DNA of 64,000 nt from positions 21,133 through 85,132 of the forward strand of contig JBGVRC010000120.1 of assembly GCA_045128055.1 (NCBI GenBank). The letters are read 5' to 3'. Numbering within the stretch: position 1 is the stretch's first letter; the number at the start of each line of letters is the position of its first letter. The position numbers and the translations under genes are program-made. The DNA comes from Candidatus Scatosoma sp. Its GTDB lineage: Bacteria > Bacillota > Clostridia > Christensenellales > Borkfalkiaceae. Below, in pieces: positions 61,359-64,000 of the stretch. Below the pieces are notes generated by a model that ran no database searches, had not been told where the DNA came from, and worked only from the letters and a program-made list of their open reading frames with translations.

Positions 61359-61994
61359 ATGACGGTTTTAGAAATTGTTTTAATCGGCGTGGCGCTTGCG
61401 ATGGACGCGTGCGCCGTAGCGATGACGGACGGAATGACCGATTCGAAAATGCCCTTTTGGAAGGTGCTGCGTATCGGTGTGTTCTTTGGGTTTTTCCAGT
61501 TCGCTATGCCCGTAATCGGGTATTTTATCACGGCGTTGATCGCGGACGTATTTTTGGATACTTTCCAACATATTTCCGCGTGGATTTCCTTTGCCTTGCT
61601 TGCCTTTTTGGGTGGGAAAATGCTGTTTGAATGTATCAGAGAAAAAATCAAGGAAAAACGCGAGAAGGGTGAAACGGACGGGGCAGGTACGTGTTCATGC
61701 TCCGCTTGTCAGCCGCAAACGGGGGTGTGGAAGCTCACGGTACAAGCGATTGCTACGTCTATTGACGCGTTGGCTGTGGGCGTAACCTTGCAGATGGCGG
61801 CAATCAATAAGGATTTGGCGCTTGGCGTATGGGGCGCGACGGGCGTAATCGGCGTGGTGACGCTTGGCTTGGCAATCGGCGCGGTGTATATAGGAAAGCT
61901 TGTCGGGAACAAGCTCGCGGACAAGGCGGGTATCGTCGGCGGGGTTGTCTTGCTGGGTATCGGCTTGAAGATTTTAATAGAGAGCTTTTTATAG
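61359..61994 (+). CDS. mntP: manganese efflux pump MntP
   Basis: 211 aa; duplicated DAxAV motifs (LAMDACAVAM, SIDALAVGV). Confidence 0.85.
   Translation: MTVLEIVLIGVALAMDACAVAMTDGMTDSKMPFWKVLRIGVFFGFFQFAMPVIGYFITALIADVFLDTFQHISAWISFALLAFLGGKMLFECIREKIKEKREKGETDGAGTCSCSACQPQTGVWKLTVQAIATSIDALAVGVTLQMAAINKDLALGVWGATGVIGVVTLGLAIGAVYIGKLVGNKLADKAGIVGGVVLLGIGLKILIESFL
61676..61698 (+). repeat. dispersed motif M23 (G-run class)
   Basis: GGACGGGGCAGGTACGTGTTCAT; 13/15; sense in the mntP central loop (DGAGTCS). Confidence 0.75.
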
Positions 61995-62005
61995 AGAAAA
62001 TCGAC

Positions 62006-62031
62006 AAAAAGAGCGCAAAAAGCGCTTTTTT
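62006..62031 (+). terminator. intrinsic terminator of mntP
   Basis: AGCGC-AAAAA-GCGCT followed by T6. Confidence 0.6.
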
Positions 62032-62242
62032 GTGTGTTGAGAATGTGAACGTTTGCTAAATGTTTGCGTTTTACTTTTGGAAACGCTTGAAAAAGGGTTT
62101 TCGTTATGGTAAAATAAACGAGAAAAGTAAATAAAAGCGTAGTTTTTTGTTTAGGAAACGCGCGTTTTGTTTATAAATAGAACAAAGCGTCTTCGCGCGT
62201 ACGCGGTTGCGTGCGTGAGCAAGACGGCTAAGGAGTAATATT

Positions 62243-64000
62243 TTGAAGAAAAAAACAAAGGTTTGGATTTGGATAGCCGTCGGCGTAGGGATTGCTATGT
62301 TGCTTTGGGTTTTGTTCTCCGATATTATCGGCGGAGCAACGGAGCTGAACTTCACCCAACTTATGTCCGCTGTTTATAACGGAAAATATTTCGACGGGGA
62401 TAAATGGGTTGAATCGGGCGCAATTACGCACATTTATTTGGACGGATATCAATGGACGGCTGTGACGGACGCGGGAAAACAATTTACCGCTATTGGTCCG
62501 AGCATGTACGATTCGCAGGCAATCGAAGTGGTGGAATCCCTTGCGGCAAAAGGCGTTTATTTGCAATATACCGACCCCAACGCGGGTAGTATTTGGTCGA
62601 GCCTTTTACCGTTCGCGGGTATGCTTTTAATTGGGCTTTTGTTCTTCTTTATGCTTCGCGGCGCGGCAAGCGGCGGTCCGAATATGAATATGAACAAGTC
62701 CAAAACGCAAGTGCAAAGCAATTTGAAGGTGCGTTTTAGTGACGTAGCGGGCGCGGAAGAAGAAAAGGAAGAATTGCAAGAAGTCGTTGAATTTTTGAAA
62801 TCTCCTAAAAAGTTTTCCAACCTTGGCGCGCGTATTCCGTCGGGCGTATTGCTCGTCGGCCCCCCGGGTACGGGTAAAACCTTGTTTGCGAAGGCGGTTG
62901 CGGGCGAAGCGGGTGTGCCCTTCTTCTCCGTTTCTGGTTCGGACTTCGTAGAAATGTACGTAGGTGTGGGTGCAAAGCGTGTACGCGACTTGTTTGATAT
63001 GGCGAAAAAGAGCCAGCCTTGTATCATTTTCATCGACGAAATCGACGCTGTGGGCAGACGCCGCGGCGCGGGGCTTGGCGGCGGCCACGACGAACGTGAA
63101 CAAACGCTTAACCAAATCCTTGTGCAAATGGACGGTTTTGAAAGCAACGAAGGGATTATCATCATGGCGGCGACCAACCGCGCGGATATTCTCGACCCTG
63201 CATTGCTTCGTCCCGGTCGTTTCGATAGACAAATCAACGTGAACCTTCCCGACGTGAAGGGGCGCGAACAAATTTTGAAAGTGCATGCGCGCAACAAGCC
63301 TATGGAAGCGGACGTCAACTTCAAGACGGTGGCGCGCATCACCGCAGGTTTTTCAGGCGCGGAGCTTGCCAACCTTCTCAACGAAGCGGCTATTTTGGCT
63401 GCGCGTAAGGGTAAAAAGCTTATCGGGAATTTGGAATTGTACGACGGTATCAATAAGGTGTTGATGGGTCCCCAAAAGAAATCCCGCGTCATCACCGAAT
63501 CGGATAAACGCTGTACGGCATACCACGAAGCGGGGCACGCAGTTTTGGCTTGTCTTTGCAAGCATTGCGATCCTGTGCACGAAGTATCCATTATTCCCCG
63601 CGGTCGCGCGGCTGGGTACACCATGACCAGACCAGAAACGGACGACAACGACGTTTCGTACAACAAGCTTATTGACAACATTTGTATGTCGCTTGGCGGC
63701 AGAGTTGCGGAAGAGCTCGTTATTCAAGACATCACGACGGGCGCAAGCGCGGACTTGCAACACGTAACGAATATTGCGCGCCGTATGATTACGCAATGGG
63801 GTATGAGCGAAAAGCTTGGCCTTGTGGCGTACGACGACGACGCTCCCGTGTTTATGGGTATGGAATACGGTCATCAAAACAGCGGGTATTCGCAGGAAAC
63901 GGCGGCGGCGATTGACGATGAAATCCGTCGTTTGATTGGCGAAGCGCATGCAAGAGCGACCAAGCTTTTGAAAGAAAACCGTTCGATTATGGATAACATG
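62243..64000 (+). CDS. ftsH: ATP-dependent zinc metalloprotease FtsH (3' end beyond window)
   Basis: TTG start 7 nt after AAGGAG; frame open to 64000; GPPGTGKT Walker A, second-region-of-homology residues and the HEAGHA zinc motif; not in the ORF track because there is no stop in the window. Confidence 0.93.
   Translation, partial: MKKKTKVWIWIAVGVGIAMLLWVLFSDIIGGATELNFTQLMSAVYNGKYFDGDKWVESGAITHIYLDGYQWTAVTDAGKQFTAIGPSMYDSQAIEVVESLAAKGVYLQYTDPNAGSIWSSLLPFAGMLLIGLLFFFMLRGAASGGPNMNMNKSKTQVQSNLKVRFSDVAGAEEEKEELQEVVEFLKSPKKFSNLGARIPSGVLLVGPPGTGKTLFAKAVAGEAGVPFFSVSGSDFVEMYVGVGAKRVRDLFDMAKKSQPCIIFIDEIDAVGRRRGAGLGGGHDEREQTLNQILVQMDGFESNEGIIIMAATNRADILDPALLRPGRFDRQINVNLPDVKGREQILKVHARNKPMEADVNFKTVARITAGFSGAELANLLNEAAILAARKGKKLIGNLELYDGINKVLMGPQKKSRVITESDKRCTAYHEAGHAVLACLCKHCDPVHEVSIIPRGRAAGYTMTRPETDDNDVSYNKLIDNICMSLGGRVAEELVIQDITTGASADLQHVTNIARRMITQWGMSEKLGLVAYDDDAPVFMGMEYGHQNSGYSQETAAAIDDEIRRLIGEAHARATKLLKENRSIMDNM

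Noticed and set aside
62557-63681. 374-aa ORF on the - strand
   Set aside because: It is antisense to the clearly recognisable ftsH (Walker A, HEAGH). ftsH is missing from the ORF track only because it has no stop inside the window.

Overview
Origin-proximal chromosomal segment of an endospore-forming Bacillota genome (Clostridia-like: gerA operon, spmAB, spoIVFA/FB-type pair, yyaC, yaaT, pdaB-type gene). It holds about 61 protein genes, nearly all housekeeping: rsmA, tatD, metG, gap, rsmI, rplU-rpmA, holB, rsmG, dnaN, rpmH-rnpA-yidD-yidC-jag, clpX-clpP-tig, rqcH, engB, lon, rng, greA-lysS, tmk, mntP, ftsH. I saw no rRNA, tRNA, CRISPR array, transposase or integrase. There are two DnaA-box clusters: 19.2-19.6 kb with 9 perfect boxes, and 28.9-29.1 kb next to dnaN with an AT-rich tract. 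The window contains no dnaA, parAB, mnmEG or yabA. Two small AT-rich insertions lie at 27.1-28.1 kb and 34.8-36.5 kb; the second carries an XRE switch. Two signals stand out. (1) A dispersed 15-23 nt motif, (GACGGGGG)CAKGTACGCGWTSAA, occurs at least 23 times. It sits inside unrelated genes in all three reading frames, with a stop-avoiding variant, and just after terminators in a fixed orientation. (2) A 180-bp array holds eight unrelated mini-hairpins separated by a constant heptamer, GTGAAGT (3x) then ACTTCAC (4x). The function of both is unknown, and every functional idea offered is inference. Protein family calls rest on motifs recognised by eye, not on database searches.
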